DNA of 64,000 bases from a virus, in the IMG/VR virus record IMGVR_UViG_3300023184_000030, positions 64,001 through 128,000 of that record; one strand, given 5' to 3'. The notes beneath the pieces were generated by a model that was not told where the DNA came from, did no database searches, and worked only from the letters and a program-made list of their open reading frames with translations. Positions within the stretch are counted from its first letter, which is position 1, and each line of letters begins with the position of its first letter. The translations under genes and the position numbers were made by a program. Positions 39,954 through 49,619 of the stretch are shown in pieces.

Positions 39954-40655
39954 TTATTTGGTTTTAGATACTTGACTTAAGTGCTGAGGATCGGTCATAG
40001 GTACAACAGGTACACCAGAAGGACCTACCCCAGTAGGATGTGTATGGGTATTAAAGAAAGTTAGAAAGGTGCTTCCTAAAACTAGCTTTTCGATAGCGGC
40101 TTCTCCCAGCTCTATATTTTGGGATTTTACGATTACCTTTTGCTTTGCGCCTTGTTTTTCCATTCTGACCTCATCGTCATTTAACTTTAAAACTATTCTG
40201 AGCTTTTCCTTATTAGTACCAGCATTCTGCGTGTCTAGCTGAATTGTAGCATCGCCTAGCTGAAAAACAAGCCCTTTTTTTCTTGTATAAAGCATCTTCA
40301 GAGTTCCTGGTTGAGCCTCCGAGTCATAAATTAAAGCTTGTGTACCCTCATATGAATTATCCTCCTTGAGTTCTGTCATAAGATCCTTAGAAATCTCCTT
40401 GATATAGTGATAGCTTAACTTATAATAATTATTATCCTCAAAATGAACTGCTACTACAGACCCTACTCTAGGTATGGTTATGTTACCCCCGCCAAAACCT
40501 CCACCAAAAGATAAACCTGCAATCTGCTCAGCCCACGGTAAATCATCCGAAGGAAGACCATCAAATACACCAAAAACTTCTATTCTTGCTCTTCCTTGAT
40601 AAAGTGGATCTTTTATATCAACCACCTTACCGAGGTACGTTTTTTCACTTGGCAT
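39954..40655 (-). CDS. gp5: Baseplate central spike, gp5/gpV-like OB-fold with HxH apex, no lysozyme domain (233 aa)
   Basis: YLGKVVDIKDPLYQGRARIEVFG...LPWA...IPRVGSVVAVHF; C-terminal FNTHTHPTGVGPSG. Confidence 0.85.
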   Translation of the reverse strand: MPSEKTYLGKVVDIKDPLYQGRARIEVFGVFDGLPSDDLPWAEQIAGLSFGGGFGGGNITIPRVGSVVAVHFEDNNYYKLSYHYIKEISKDLMTELKEDNSYEGTQALIYDSEAQPGTLKMLYTRKKGLVFQLGDATIQLDTQNAGTNKEKLRIVLKLNDDEVRMEKQGAKQKVIVKSQNIELGEAAIEKLVLGSTFLTFFNTHTHPTGVGPSGVPVVPMTDPQHLSQVSKTK

Positions 40656-40657
40656 AA

Positions 40658-43333
40658 TTATTCAAATTTTTCAGGGCTGGGATTCATTCCGCCTGTACTA
40701 ATGTTATACTTATCTTTTGGTTTTAAATTTCCCATATCTAAAGGTTTTTCAACCATAAAATCTCCATTTGTGTTAGGATAAGCTTTTCCTATATCTCCTC
40801 TTGATTTTTGACTCTTCATTTCAGATTTTTGGTAAACAGCATTAGGTTTTGTAGCAAATGAGTTTACAGCATCTCTAAGTTCACCGTTGGAAGATATTTT
40901 CTGAGTTTGTGCATAAACTGGGTTTGCTTCTATAGCTGTTTGATTAGCACTTTTTACAGCATCAGGATAAACCTTTTGTTCGGCAAGGGGTATTGAATTT
41001 TGATTAGGAGGGTAGACCTCCTCTGATATTTGTGGATATACTCTGTCAGGTACACCTAGATCAGATCCAGGAACGTTGGTGTAAGCATCACCTATCGGAT
41101 CAACGTAAACCCTATCTGGTACGCCTAAAGCAGTTCCTGGTACATCAGCATAAACGTCTCCGCCCGGAGCTGGATATACCCTATCAGGTACACCTAGAGC
41201 AGTTCCAGGTGAAGCGTCATAAACATCCCCGCCTGGAGCAGGATATACTCTATCAGGTACACCTAAAGCAGTTCCTGGTACATCAACATAAACGTCTCCT
41301 CCCGGAGCTGGATATACCCTATCAGGTACACCTAAAGCAGTTCCTGGTACATCAGCATAAACGTCTCCTCCCGGAGCTGGATATACCCTATCGGGAACAC
41401 CTAAATCTGTCCCGGGTACGCTCGTGTAAGCGTCTCCGCCCGGAGCGGGATAAACTCTATCAGGAGCACCTAAATCGGGTCCAGGTACAGTGGCATAAAC
41501 ATCTCCCCCTGGAGCTGGATATACCCTATCAGGTACACCTAGAGCAGCTCCAGGAACATCAGCATAAACGTCTCCCCCTGGAGCGGGATAAATCCTATCT
41601 GGCACACCTAAATCGGGTCCAGGTACAGTGGCGTAAACATCTCCACCTGGAGCTGGATATACCCTATCAGGTACACCCAGTGCAGTTCCTGGCACATCAT
41701 TATAAACGTCTCCACCAGGAGCTGTATAAACCCTATCAGGAACACCTAAATCAGGTCCAGGTACGTTTGCGTACGAGTCTCCACCAGGAGCGGGATAAAC
41801 TCTACCCTGAATACCGGATACATTACTAACACCTAAATCTTGTCCAGGCACTTTACCGTATACGTCACCTGATACTTTTCCGTAAACCCTTTGCGGTGGA
41901 CCACCTAAACCTGTTGTCTGTGGATTTGGTAGAATTGTCTCTCTAAATCCAGCATTAACATTACCTAGCTGATCCAAGTATTGCTGGGCAGTATTAAATG
42001 ATAGGTTACCTAAAACTTGAGAAGGATTTAAGCTATAAATATTACCGAGAATCAATTTATCTAATCCTGCGACATTAGGTTTTATGTAGGTTGCAACACC
42101 TTCGTTAATAAGGTCATTTAATGAATTACTTAAAAAGTTAGTTAATAACTCACCACCTATAGAAAGAATATCATCTCCTAAATTACTAGGATTTTTTTGA
42201 ACTGATGATCTAGCACCATCCCAGCTATCTCCAAGAATTAATGGTTTACCGTCTTGTCTTATATTAGGATATTGACTTCTCGTTCTAACCTTACCTACTA
42301 TGATTCTGAATTTTTGTCCTACCGGGGTTGCTGTATCTGAACCTGCACTGATCTCGCTAGGTATAGGGGTGCTTTCGCTAAAATCAAATTCACAATTTCT
42401 GCACTCAAAAACTATAACCGGTTTTACACCTGATTGATCTTGTTGATTTCTTAACATAGACAAATCATTATCAACACCAGCTCCATTTAAAACGTTTCCA
42501 ACAAATGAATTAAATCCGCTTGCAGGATTCGTGTTTGATGATCCCCCATTATATTCACTATTCTGCTCCCCCACATCTCCCAGGTTTGTCCCTGGATTAT
42601 TTCCAGATCCTAGCATAGTTGCTAAATTGTCTATAGTAGTCAAAGCAGCGGATGCACCAATAAGTCTAGACGTCTTAAAGAAATTACGTATCTCAGAAAC
42701 GAAAATATACATAGTAAATTTCCTAAGGTTTCTCGGGACTAATTCCCTCATGTTATCATAATCAAAAGTTGCCTGATTATAGAGATCTGCAAGAGCGGTC
42801 ATTCTTAAATTTAATGACTCTAATGTGGTAAACTCTAAAGCTTTACCAGCAGTTCTCTGTGGATTAAAATCAGAATCTGATTCAACAGCAAACCCCTTTC
42901 TTGATACTAAAGGTAATTGATCTAATCCTGATATTGTTTGTAAAAACCAAGGTGAATTATTAAGTAAGTCAGTTAAGCTGTTCTTAAACTGTATAAGCAT
43001 ATCTGAACGTTTTCCTCCCCTAGGAAATTCTGCCTCTCTTTCTCTCAGATATGATGTTGCAGAATAGAAATTAATCGCTCCGTTTGGTGTAGTTCTATAC
43101 GAATACTGGGGTTGCCCAAAAGGATTAGATGAGCTAAATCCACTAGGAATATATGACTCCTCTCTAAAAAGAGGACTAGGAGGAAGACCATCATCATCTC
43201 TTATGGGGAGGGTACCGAAATCTATCACTATTTTAAATCCAAGATATGTTGGATCCTCGTAATTTCCTTGTTTGGATAGCTTAAAGCCTTTTAAAAATAG
43301 ACTCCTTAATTGATCTGTTGCTCCTAATGACAT
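40658..43333 (-). CDS. Tail-tube/baseplate-related protein with a 23-aa tandem repeat region (891 aa)
   Basis: N-terminal EDPTYLGFKIVIDF domain, lies between hub and spike genes; PGGDVY..VPG..LGVPDRVYPA repeats. Confidence 0.55.
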   Translation of the reverse strand: MSLGATDQLRSLFLKGFKLSKQGNYEDPTYLGFKIVIDFGTLPIRDDDGLPPSPLFREESYIPSGFSSSNPFGQPQYSYRTTPNGAINFYSATSYLREREAEFPRGGKRSDMLIQFKNSLTDLLNNSPWFLQTISGLDQLPLVSRKGFAVESDSDFNPQRTAGKALEFTTLESLNLRMTALADLYNQATFDYDNMRELVPRNLRKFTMYIFVSEIRNFFKTSRLIGASAALTTIDNLATMLGSGNNPGTNLGDVGEQNSEYNGGSSNTNPASGFNSFVGNVLNGAGVDNDLSMLRNQQDQSGVKPVIVFECRNCEFDFSESTPIPSEISAGSDTATPVGQKFRIIVGKVRTRSQYPNIRQDGKPLILGDSWDGARSSVQKNPSNLGDDILSIGGELLTNFLSNSLNDLINEGVATYIKPNVAGLDKLILGNIYSLNPSQVLGNLSFNTAQQYLDQLGNVNAGFRETILPNPQTTGLGGPPQRVYGKVSGDVYGKVPGQDLGVSNVSGIQGRVYPAPGGDSYANVPGPDLGVPDRVYTAPGGDVYNDVPGTALGVPDRVYPAPGGDVYATVPGPDLGVPDRIYPAPGGDVYADVPGAALGVPDRVYPAPGGDVYATVPGPDLGAPDRVYPAPGGDAYTSVPGTDLGVPDRVYPAPGGDVYADVPGTALGVPDRVYPAPGGDVYVDVPGTALGVPDRVYPAPGGDVYDASPGTALGVPDRVYPAPGGDVYADVPGTALGVPDRVYVDPIGDAYTNVPGSDLGVPDRVYPQISEEVYPPNQNSIPLAEQKVYPDAVKSANQTAIEANPVYAQTQKISSNGELRDAVNSFATKPNAVYQKSEMKSQKSRGDIGKAYPNTNGDFMVEKPLDMGNLKPKDKYNISTGGMNPSPEKFE
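41035..41810 (-). repeat. 69-bp (23-aa) coding tandem repeat, 11 full copies plus a degenerate upstream copy
   Basis: For example AACGTCTCC recurs at 41291 and 41360; unit PGGDVYADVPGTALGVPDRVYPA. Confidence 0.95.
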
Positions 43334-43351
43334 TAATAGATTTAATTTTTA

Positions 43352-43359
43352 TATTTATC
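43352..43359 (-). promoter_or_regulatory. Putative late promoter variant GATAAATA
   Basis: 26 nt upstream of ATG 43333; one base from T4 late TATAAATA. Confidence 0.55.
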
Positions 43360-43367
43360 CTTCTTTT

Positions 43368-44927
43368 TTAAACCATGTTTTTAAGAATGGAAATAGGAAA
43401 TGCCTTAGGGGCAGCTCCCGAGGAGTTAGCTTTCCATGTTCTTTTAGCTAGTATTAAATGCTGCTTCATTCCTGCACTTCCCCTGCTCCAATATATAGAC
43501 ATCGAGACAACCACATAATTACCTGACAAAAACTCATCCTTAGTTGGACTCATAGATGTATTATTTTCCCTATTAGGAAGTTCTCCGGCATTTTGTTGTC
43601 TTATACCTCCGCTCATAACATAAATAGCGACAGGGATAACCTGTCCTCTATAAATACCAGGAAAGAAATCAGTAAGCTCAACTTCTAATGTTAGTTTTGT
43701 GCAATCATTTATATTTATAAGATTTTGGTATTTAGCATGGAGATAATTCTTATGTACCCCACCATCACCAGAAATCTGTGTATTTAAAACCCCCAGCCAT
43801 TCCCTTCTTTTTTCGTCCTTGTATTCGTTTCCTCTGGCTCTACCTTTTTGCAGAATTGAACCCGTTCCGACATGCTCAGCTGTTATCGATTCTATTGGAT
43901 AGCTCACATATTTTTGTGAGGGATCTTCATTTTCAGTATTCTCGTCATAGAATCCGATATCAGTAATGTACCCACTCTTATTTACGTTATTACCTGCTCT
44001 AGAAGTTAATGTATATCCATTTATAAAAAAAGGCACTAAACCGAATCCTACCCTATTAGTTATGACCAGGGGTACTGTTTGAGCTGTCGGTGCAGTTCCC
44101 TCCGGAATAGCAGAATCTATTTTATTACCCGCCGAGGTATATCCAGGTAAAATCCTAGCCTCTGCTTTAGGATCTTTATCAAATGCAAACTGGGATCCAA
44201 GGTTAACAAAATTGAGATTATAATAAGGATCTATCCAGCAATCATAAAAGCTCGTATCATCGTCTTTATATGATCTAAGGGAAACCTCCTGGATGAAATC
44301 ATAATAAGAATAATTTGGACATATCCAAGTCATTGTATCTGCTAGCGATTTATCATTAGAGGAAAATCCAAGATTCAAATCCTGGGAAACCTCAAGAAGA
44401 GTATCATGTGAATTTAAACCATTAAATGATTTTATTCTGTTTGTGTAAAGTCCGGGTATTCTGCATTCTGCAACTATATTAAATCTTAAATTGATACCCT
44501 TTCCCTCCGGATCACTTCCAGTTTCTGAATATTTACTTGATACCTCACTAGCAACATTTAGTATATTAAAATCCATTCTTATTGGCTTATAATATTCACC
44601 GGGTGCTCTCATATAGAGAGAAACTATATCTCCATCTTTAGGATAATTCACGGATATGAATATATTTTCAGATGCAATAAAAGAAAATCTGATGACTGGC
44701 ATAAACCCGCTAAGATCCATGTCAAATTTAGTAAGATATAGAGAAATATTATAACCATTAATCGAAATAAACGGCACATTTAATCCCGTAGATTTTTCTG
44801 CAGTTTCCCCTGAGCTTCTTAATGAGCTAATATCACTAGCACCATTAGCAAAGTCGGTTTGGACCAACTCGTCCAGCTTCATGTTGTTTAGTGCTGAACT
44901 GGATATAATTATAGAATCTCTTTCCAT
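43368..44927 (-). CDS. Baseplate hub protein, gp27-like (519 aa)
   Basis: DTMTWICPN, FYDCWIDPYYNLNFVNL, IYRGQVI, FLSGNYVV..M pattern of hub/gpD proteins; position upstream of the spike. Confidence 0.6.
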   Translation of the reverse strand: MERDSIIISSSALNNMKLDELVQTDFANGASDISSLRSSGETAEKSTGLNVPFISINGYNISLYLTKFDMDLSGFMPVIRFSFIASENIFISVNYPKDGDIVSLYMRAPGEYYKPIRMDFNILNVASEVSSKYSETGSDPEGKGINLRFNIVAECRIPGLYTNRIKSFNGLNSHDTLLEVSQDLNLGFSSNDKSLADTMTWICPNYSYYDFIQEVSLRSYKDDDTSFYDCWIDPYYNLNFVNLGSQFAFDKDPKAEARILPGYTSAGNKIDSAIPEGTAPTAQTVPLVITNRVGFGLVPFFINGYTLTSRAGNNVNKSGYITDIGFYDENTENEDPSQKYVSYPIESITAEHVGTGSILQKGRARGNEYKDEKRREWLGVLNTQISGDGGVHKNYLHAKYQNLININDCTKLTLEVELTDFFPGIYRGQVIPVAIYVMSGGIRQQNAGELPNRENNTSMSPTKDEFLSGNYVVVSMSIYWSRGSAGMKQHLILAKRTWKANSSGAAPKAFPISILKNMV

Positions 44928-44933
44928 TTATCT

Positions 44934-45524
44934 TTAGTTTGTCTGCGGTGTATTGAATCCACCTCCGCCAGCATTCGGAGCGAATACAAAGAATCCTTTT
45001 TCTTTGAGTATAGTTTTTTCCCCTGGTTGTAACACATTAGGTGGAAGGTTAAGTTCTGGCTTATTTTTTATCTTATCCTGTAAAAATTTCTTCCTACCGT
45101 CGCTTACTTTAAATTTTTTCTGCTCTTGATTTTTCTTGAATACATTATTAGGATTTGTATTTGTGTTGGATGGAACCTCCTGATTCAGAGCTTTCTTAAC
45201 TCTAAAACTTTCTTTTACAGTACTAGCATCGGGAATTGCTAAAACCATGCCTTCTTTTAAAGAAAATGGATTACCTATTGCATTAAACTTTAATAGCGAC
45301 CCAACCATACCCGGATCTCCTAGCTTAATAGCTGCTATTAAATCAGGTCTCATTTGGTAATACTCAGTAACGATAAAAAAAGAAGTTATCGATACTGGTA
45401 AGTTGTTATATGTTATTGATGCTTTAGTCAAATCCCATATACCATAGGTCCCCGTAGCATTCAAATCGGTTTGAGGATTAAATACCGATTTATTCTGGGT
45501 AATAGTGTCTATTATTAATGCCAT
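44934..45524 (-). CDS. gp53: Baseplate wedge protein, gp53/LysM-like (196 aa)
   Basis: MRPDLIA...G......LLKFNAIGNPFSLKEGMVLAIP. Confidence 0.75.
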   Translation of the reverse strand: MALIIDTITQNKSVFNPQTDLNATGTYGIWDLTKASITYNNLPVSITSFFIVTEYYQMRPDLIAAIKLGDPGMVGSLLKFNAIGNPFSLKEGMVLAIPDASTVKESFRVKKALNQEVPSNTNTNPNNVFKKNQEQKKFKVSDGRKKFLQDKIKNKPELNLPPNVLQPGEKTILKEKGFFVFAPNAGGGGFNTPQTN

Positions 45525-45534
45525 TTTATATTAA

Positions 45535-47409
45535 TTAATTTCCGCCTGGACCCAAAGTGTCAGGTAAAGTGTCAAGCTGACTATTCCATAATCCAGTCGA
45601 TAATCCTTGATTCGGAGTGTCTTGGCTAAGTACGTTTCCTGCCACATCAGCAACGGCTCCAAAGCTTTGTAAATTAGCAGATGTTTTTTGAGAACTATGA
45701 TAAAGTCTTCCGTCTCCCCTATTAAATATACTTTCAATTTCTCCTCTTTCTCTGCTTCTTGCGTGTTTTAATGTGAATGTTGCTTTCATAGTGGTTGGGA
45801 AATCATCAGGACCTAGGGTGTCACCGAATTCAATGCTAACCCCATCACATAGCAGATTTCCAATCATTGCAATAGGATTACATGGATTACCTATAACTAC
45901 GTGCCATTCTCCTATCGGTGCTCCTGTTAAAAAGCTTAAAGGTGCTTGGTACTTCTCTATAAATTCACCGGTCATAGCTGTTTTCAAGAATCTAGAAGCA
46001 TCATCACCTAAAGCGCTCGTTATTTCTTTTAGTGTATCTGATATATTATTTCCAGCATTTTTACCTAACCTTGTATAGATCTCTTTTATCTTAGCAATAG
46101 AGGATTCGTCATTTTCTCCTACCCCTCCGCTTCCTACTGTTTCAGGTGTCTCCGCTGAATCACCACCACTCGTGAGGTTAGATAATTTGGATCCGTACGT
46201 AATTAGCCATCCCATTGGATCCTTATAATATTCCTGAAGTCCTTCGTCTCCCCCAGGAAATCCCATTGCAGGAAAGTTGCTGTTATATCTAATATCAGGG
46301 GTTAAAAAATTCCCGTAATTTGTGCCAATAGATAAAAGATTACCCATTAAATCCAAAAAAGCAGCCTTACTGTTAACTTCACCTACTGAGCTCAATTCAT
46401 ATTCAAATATTAGAGTTAATCCGTCCCAGGTAAAACTAAGACCTGTACCTCTGGTAAACCCATCAGTAACGACATCAACGGGGGTCCAAATATATTCACC
46501 CATTATACCTGCTCTTTCCTTAGAAAGATCCCTTAGGCCCTTAGCTCTTATACCCTTACTTATTGTTTCATCCTTGTCAGTTGCAATGATAGCTCCCTCA
46601 GCAAGAGCTGCACCTGCATCAAAAGCATTACCCATTCCCTCCGACATTTTCTGTAAAACACCACCAAAAAACTTAACCGGGCCATCCTGGAAAAATCCCT
46701 TAGAAAAGGCTTCCTGTACTAAAGTAGCTCCTTGAGAACTTGGGTTCCATGTCATTCCAGTACTGAATGCTATAAGATCACTTAGAACATTTCCAGTGTT
46801 ACCACCAAACCAGGTAACCGCCTGTGCAACAGGTCTACCTGCTCCGCCAGCGTGATAAGATTCGGTGCTTTTAATACTGTTCTTTTGCCCAGGAACAGAA
46901 AGATTATCCAAAACAGGGGTAGGAAATCTTCTCAATGTTATCATATAGTTATTAGGGATAGTACCGTAGTGTTTACAGTACAAAAAGTCTTTCCAATAAT
47001 AAGGTGCAGAAAGTCCGCCTATGATAGATCCTTCTATGCCACCGAGGAGTCCGCCTAATATACCTACGTTTACGTCGGCTACTGCTTCAAATGTTGATGT
47101 TTCTCTAACAAGAAAACCAGCTGTTGGATTTTTAGACTGTATTGAGGATACCCTAGTGTTATAATCGGAAGATTCAGATCTATAATAGGCATCGATGAAA
47201 TCGTTTCCCCCGCTTCCTAGAGAATAAAAAAGGTATTGCCCATATTTTCCTGGTGTCCTCTTAGCAGCCTCATAGAATAAACTCCTGGCAGTCGGACCCT
47301 TATATGGATTATTAGAACCTAGATTACTTGCTTCGGATATTATATCACCAGCAGTACCCTGAAGTGCTGCTTCATAGAGTAAACCAAACCTTTCCTTATC
47401 TCCTGGCAT
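45535..47409 (-). CDS. Baseplate tail-tube initiator/cap (gp48/gp54-like) (624 aa)
   Basis: C-terminal IGNLLCDGVSIEF....GPDDFPTTMKATFTLK tube-fold-like segment; upstream of the gp53-like gene. Confidence 0.5.
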   Translation of the reverse strand: MPGDKERFGLLYEAALQGTAGDIISEASNLGSNNPYKGPTARSLFYEAAKRTPGKYGQYLFYSLGSGGNDFIDAYYRSESSDYNTRVSSIQSKNPTAGFLVRETSTFEAVADVNVGILGGLLGGIEGSIIGGLSAPYYWKDFLYCKHYGTIPNNYMITLRRFPTPVLDNLSVPGQKNSIKSTESYHAGGAGRPVAQAVTWFGGNTGNVLSDLIAFSTGMTWNPSSQGATLVQEAFSKGFFQDGPVKFFGGVLQKMSEGMGNAFDAGAALAEGAIIATDKDETISKGIRAKGLRDLSKERAGIMGEYIWTPVDVVTDGFTRGTGLSFTWDGLTLIFEYELSSVGEVNSKAAFLDLMGNLLSIGTNYGNFLTPDIRYNSNFPAMGFPGGDEGLQEYYKDPMGWLITYGSKLSNLTSGGDSAETPETVGSGGVGENDESSIAKIKEIYTRLGKNAGNNISDTLKEITSALGDDASRFLKTAMTGEFIEKYQAPLSFLTGAPIGEWHVVIGNPCNPIAMIGNLLCDGVSIEFGDTLGPDDFPTTMKATFTLKHARSRERGEIESIFNRGDGRLYHSSQKTSANLQSFGAVADVAGNVLSQDTPNQGLSTGLWNSQLDTLPDTLGPGGN

Positions 47410-47429
47410 TTTTAACTATCACTATTTTT

Positions 47430-47759
47430 TTACAAATTGTGGATAGCATAATCTATTGTTTCTGAGAATTCCTCAAGAAACTCCTCCAAATTTGATTTAA
47501 AGTCAGGAGGCATGTTTCTATAGCAAACAAGTATACTATCACACTTATTACTATATATTCCTTGAGTTATTTTATTACGAATTGAATGATTTAGTATAAA
47601 TTCGGATTCGGGATTTAGATTAATTGTCTCATATCCAAGATCTCTTATTATTTTAGTTATGTCTATAACATAGAAATCACAAGAAAAATTTGATCTTTTT
47701 CTTGCCTCTTTTGGTGAGTGTTTGGAAATATAAAAATTCACATTGGTCCCTTTAGTCAT
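47430..47759 (-). CDS. Hypothetical protein (109 aa)
   Basis: ORF in tight operon spacing. Confidence 0.6.
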   Translation of the reverse strand: MTKGTNVNFYISKHSPKEARKRSNFSCDFYVIDITKIIRDLGYETINLNPESEFILNHSIRNKITQGIYSNKCDSILVCYRNMPPDFKSNLEEFLEEFSETIDYAIHNL

Positions 47760-47761
47760 TA

Positions 47762-48049
47762 TTAGCTATTTTCTATTTTTTCCCAATCTTTGCTCAATAG
47801 CATCGACTGAAAACTACCGTACTCGTTAGATTCGTTTCGGTATGTAAATATTTCATTATCTTGAATGCTATCAGGTTTTTCAAATTTTCTTTTAGCTATC
47901 TCGTTATTCTTCATATCCTGAAGATTTTGTCTATGTAACTCCCTTCCGTTTTCTGCACTGGTCATCGACGAATTTTCAGAAAATGGTTTATATGACTTAA
48001 GTAAGCCAAATTGTCTAAGTAGTTTTCTTCTTTCTCTTCTATTTTGCAT
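47762..48049 (-). CDS. Hypothetical protein (95 aa), basic N-terminus NRRERRK
   Basis: ORF in tight operon spacing with A-rich leader. Confidence 0.6.
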   Translation of the reverse strand: MQNRRERRKLLRQFGLLKSYKPFSENSSMTSAENGRELHRQNLQDMKNNEIAKRKFEKPDSIQDNEIFTYRNESNEYGSFQSMLLSKDWEKIENS

Positions 48050-48060
48050 TTTTAATTTCT

Positions 48061-48648
48061 TTAGATGTCTACACTAAATCCTTTTGATTTACCAAAGGTT
48101 GAATCGTCTCTGTTATAAAGATCCATACCAACTACAAACTTAAAAAGTTTTAAAAATATTGCAGGAACGAATACGTCTTTTGCTTTAACAACATCGTTAG
48201 CTGGGATAAAGATGAACTCCGATAATCTCTCAGATTCTGATCCATCTGTCGTAGGTGTACCCCTTTCTATTCCAGTGACATCCACACCAAAGCAAGGATG
48301 CTCCGCATCCACCATTTTAGAGGCCGTTACAGTGCCTAAAAAGTGCCACTTAGTGTTATCATCAATATCAAATCCTGACTCTTCTTTTAGCTCCCTTTTA
48401 GCTGTTTCCAGGAAGTCTGGATCTTCTTCCTCTGATGTTCCCGATATCAGACTAATAGAATATCCACCTTCCCTAAATGGGTTCTTTTCCTTAAGGACTC
48501 CTAGCATTAATGGTAATCCCTGATCGTCAGTAACAAAGGGTAATATCACAACAGATTCTACAGTTGATCTTATACCTACTTTACCTTCTCTTTCGACTAC
48601 ATCAAATTTTGGTGTAGATGAAAGTATTTTTTCTGAATTATTCGTCAT
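48061..48648 (-). CDS. Nudix hydrolase (195 aa)
   Basis: Nudix box GTSEEEDPDFLETAKRELKEESGF. Confidence 0.9.
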   Translation of the reverse strand: MTNNSEKILSSTPKFDVVEREGKVGIRSTVESVVILPFVTDDQGLPLMLGVLKEKNPFREGGYSISLISGTSEEEDPDFLETAKRELKEESGFDIDDNTKWHFLGTVTASKMVDAEHPCFGVDVTGIERGTPTTDGSESERLSEFIFIPANDVVKAKDVFVPAIFLKLFKFVVGMDLYNRDDSTFGKSKGFSVDI

Positions 48649-49300
48649 CGCTTTCTTGTTTTACTGTTGTTGTTCTTTTTTCCCCTACTGATGAAGGTGC
48701 TTTAGCTTTTTCTACCTTTTCATAATAAGACTTTTTGATTGAATCTGCAAGGGATGCTTTAATATCCTCTATGTCTACTCCATCCAAAACAAAGTCTATT
48801 ATTTCTCTTTCTGCATCTTCAAAAGAGCCCGATAAAACAGTGTAAAGATCCTTTGGTGGAAGATTCAATTTTATCTTAATCGAAACATCAACCATGTTTT
48901 TTTTCTGCTTTTTCAGTAGCTTATATATCGGGGAATCGTTTTGAGGTATTTTAGAATCATCATATATTATTGATGTAACTGATGTATGCTCATTAGATCT
49001 TGTCTGAACTGGTGGATTGTTAACTGGAATACTCTGTACAGGTTGTGCAGGCAGCATTATCACATACTCATTAAGAAGCTCTGAATTTATTCTTTTCCCG
49101 CTCTGGAACTCTATGAATGAAAGATCCCCATTTAATACAATGTCCTTGTATTTTTCATCCATTCCAATATCATCACCTTTGATCCATTGGTAATCAAATG
49201 CACCATAATATGAGCGAGCATCATTTATTGTTTGTTCACTTATTTCCATTTTTTTCTTTTTTTTATCCTTCTTATTAAATAATGAAGACAATATCCCCAT
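48638..49300 (-). CDS. Hypothetical protein (220 aa; alternative start at MEISEQ)
   Basis: ORF overlapping the Nudix start. Confidence 0.6.
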   Translation of the reverse strand: MGILSSLFNKKDKKKKKMEISEQTINDARSYYGAFDYQWIKGDDIGMDEKYKDIVLNGDLSFIEFQSGKRINSELLNEYVIMLPAQPVQSIPVNNPPVQTRSNEHTSVTSIIYDDSKIPQNDSPIYKLLKKQKKNMVDVSIKIKLNLPPKDLYTVLSGSFEDAEREIIDFVLDGVDIEDIKASLADSIKKSYYEKVEKAKAPSSVGEKRTTTVKQESDDE

Positions 49301-49304
49301 AGCT

Positions 49305-49574
49305 TTACTTTTTATCAGATTTTTTAGGAATTGTTTCTAAAGTTCTTTGACTATACGATTCATCAAATGATCTTATATTGCTATAAAGATCCCCTGTAGT
49401 TATCCAGGAAGACTCACCTCTTTTACTTTTTCTCTTATCGTATTTCCAGACCTCTATTATATTATCTAGATCCTTATCTGGGTGTCTGGAATACTCTACC
49501 ACAGAATACCCAGAGACCTTACTTAAAGTAAGTCTTTCTCCGTAGGGTAAAACAAAATCCTCATCTATCTCCAT
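49305..49574 (-). CDS. Hypothetical protein (89 aa)
   Basis: ORF in operon spacing. Confidence 0.55.
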   Translation of the reverse strand: MEIDEDFVLPYGERLTLSKVSGYSVVEYSRHPDKDLDNIIEVWKYDKRKSKRGESSWITTGDLYSNIRSFDESYSQRTLETIPKKSDKK

Positions 49575-49619
49575 ATCTAATTGTAGAAATTGGAGGAGTC
49601 TTTGTTTCGACTTTAAAAT

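Noticed and set aside
41035-41810. Possible CRISPR array
   Set aside because: Repeats are contiguous, in-frame 69-mers with synonymous variation and no unique spacers; no cas genes
41032-41829. 265-aa + strand ORF with repeats
   Set aside because: Antisense shadow of the 69-bp coding repeat; a stop-free unit repeated gives a long ORF automatically; no leader or promoter
48922-48929. GATATATA inside the 220-aa gene
   Set aside because: About 280 nt from the next start and no nearby leader; may be chance in AT-rich DNA
49575-49619. Possible middle promoter (GAAAC...TACAAT on minus strand) before the 89-aa gene
   Set aside because: Only one instance seen; a consensus cannot be supported from this window
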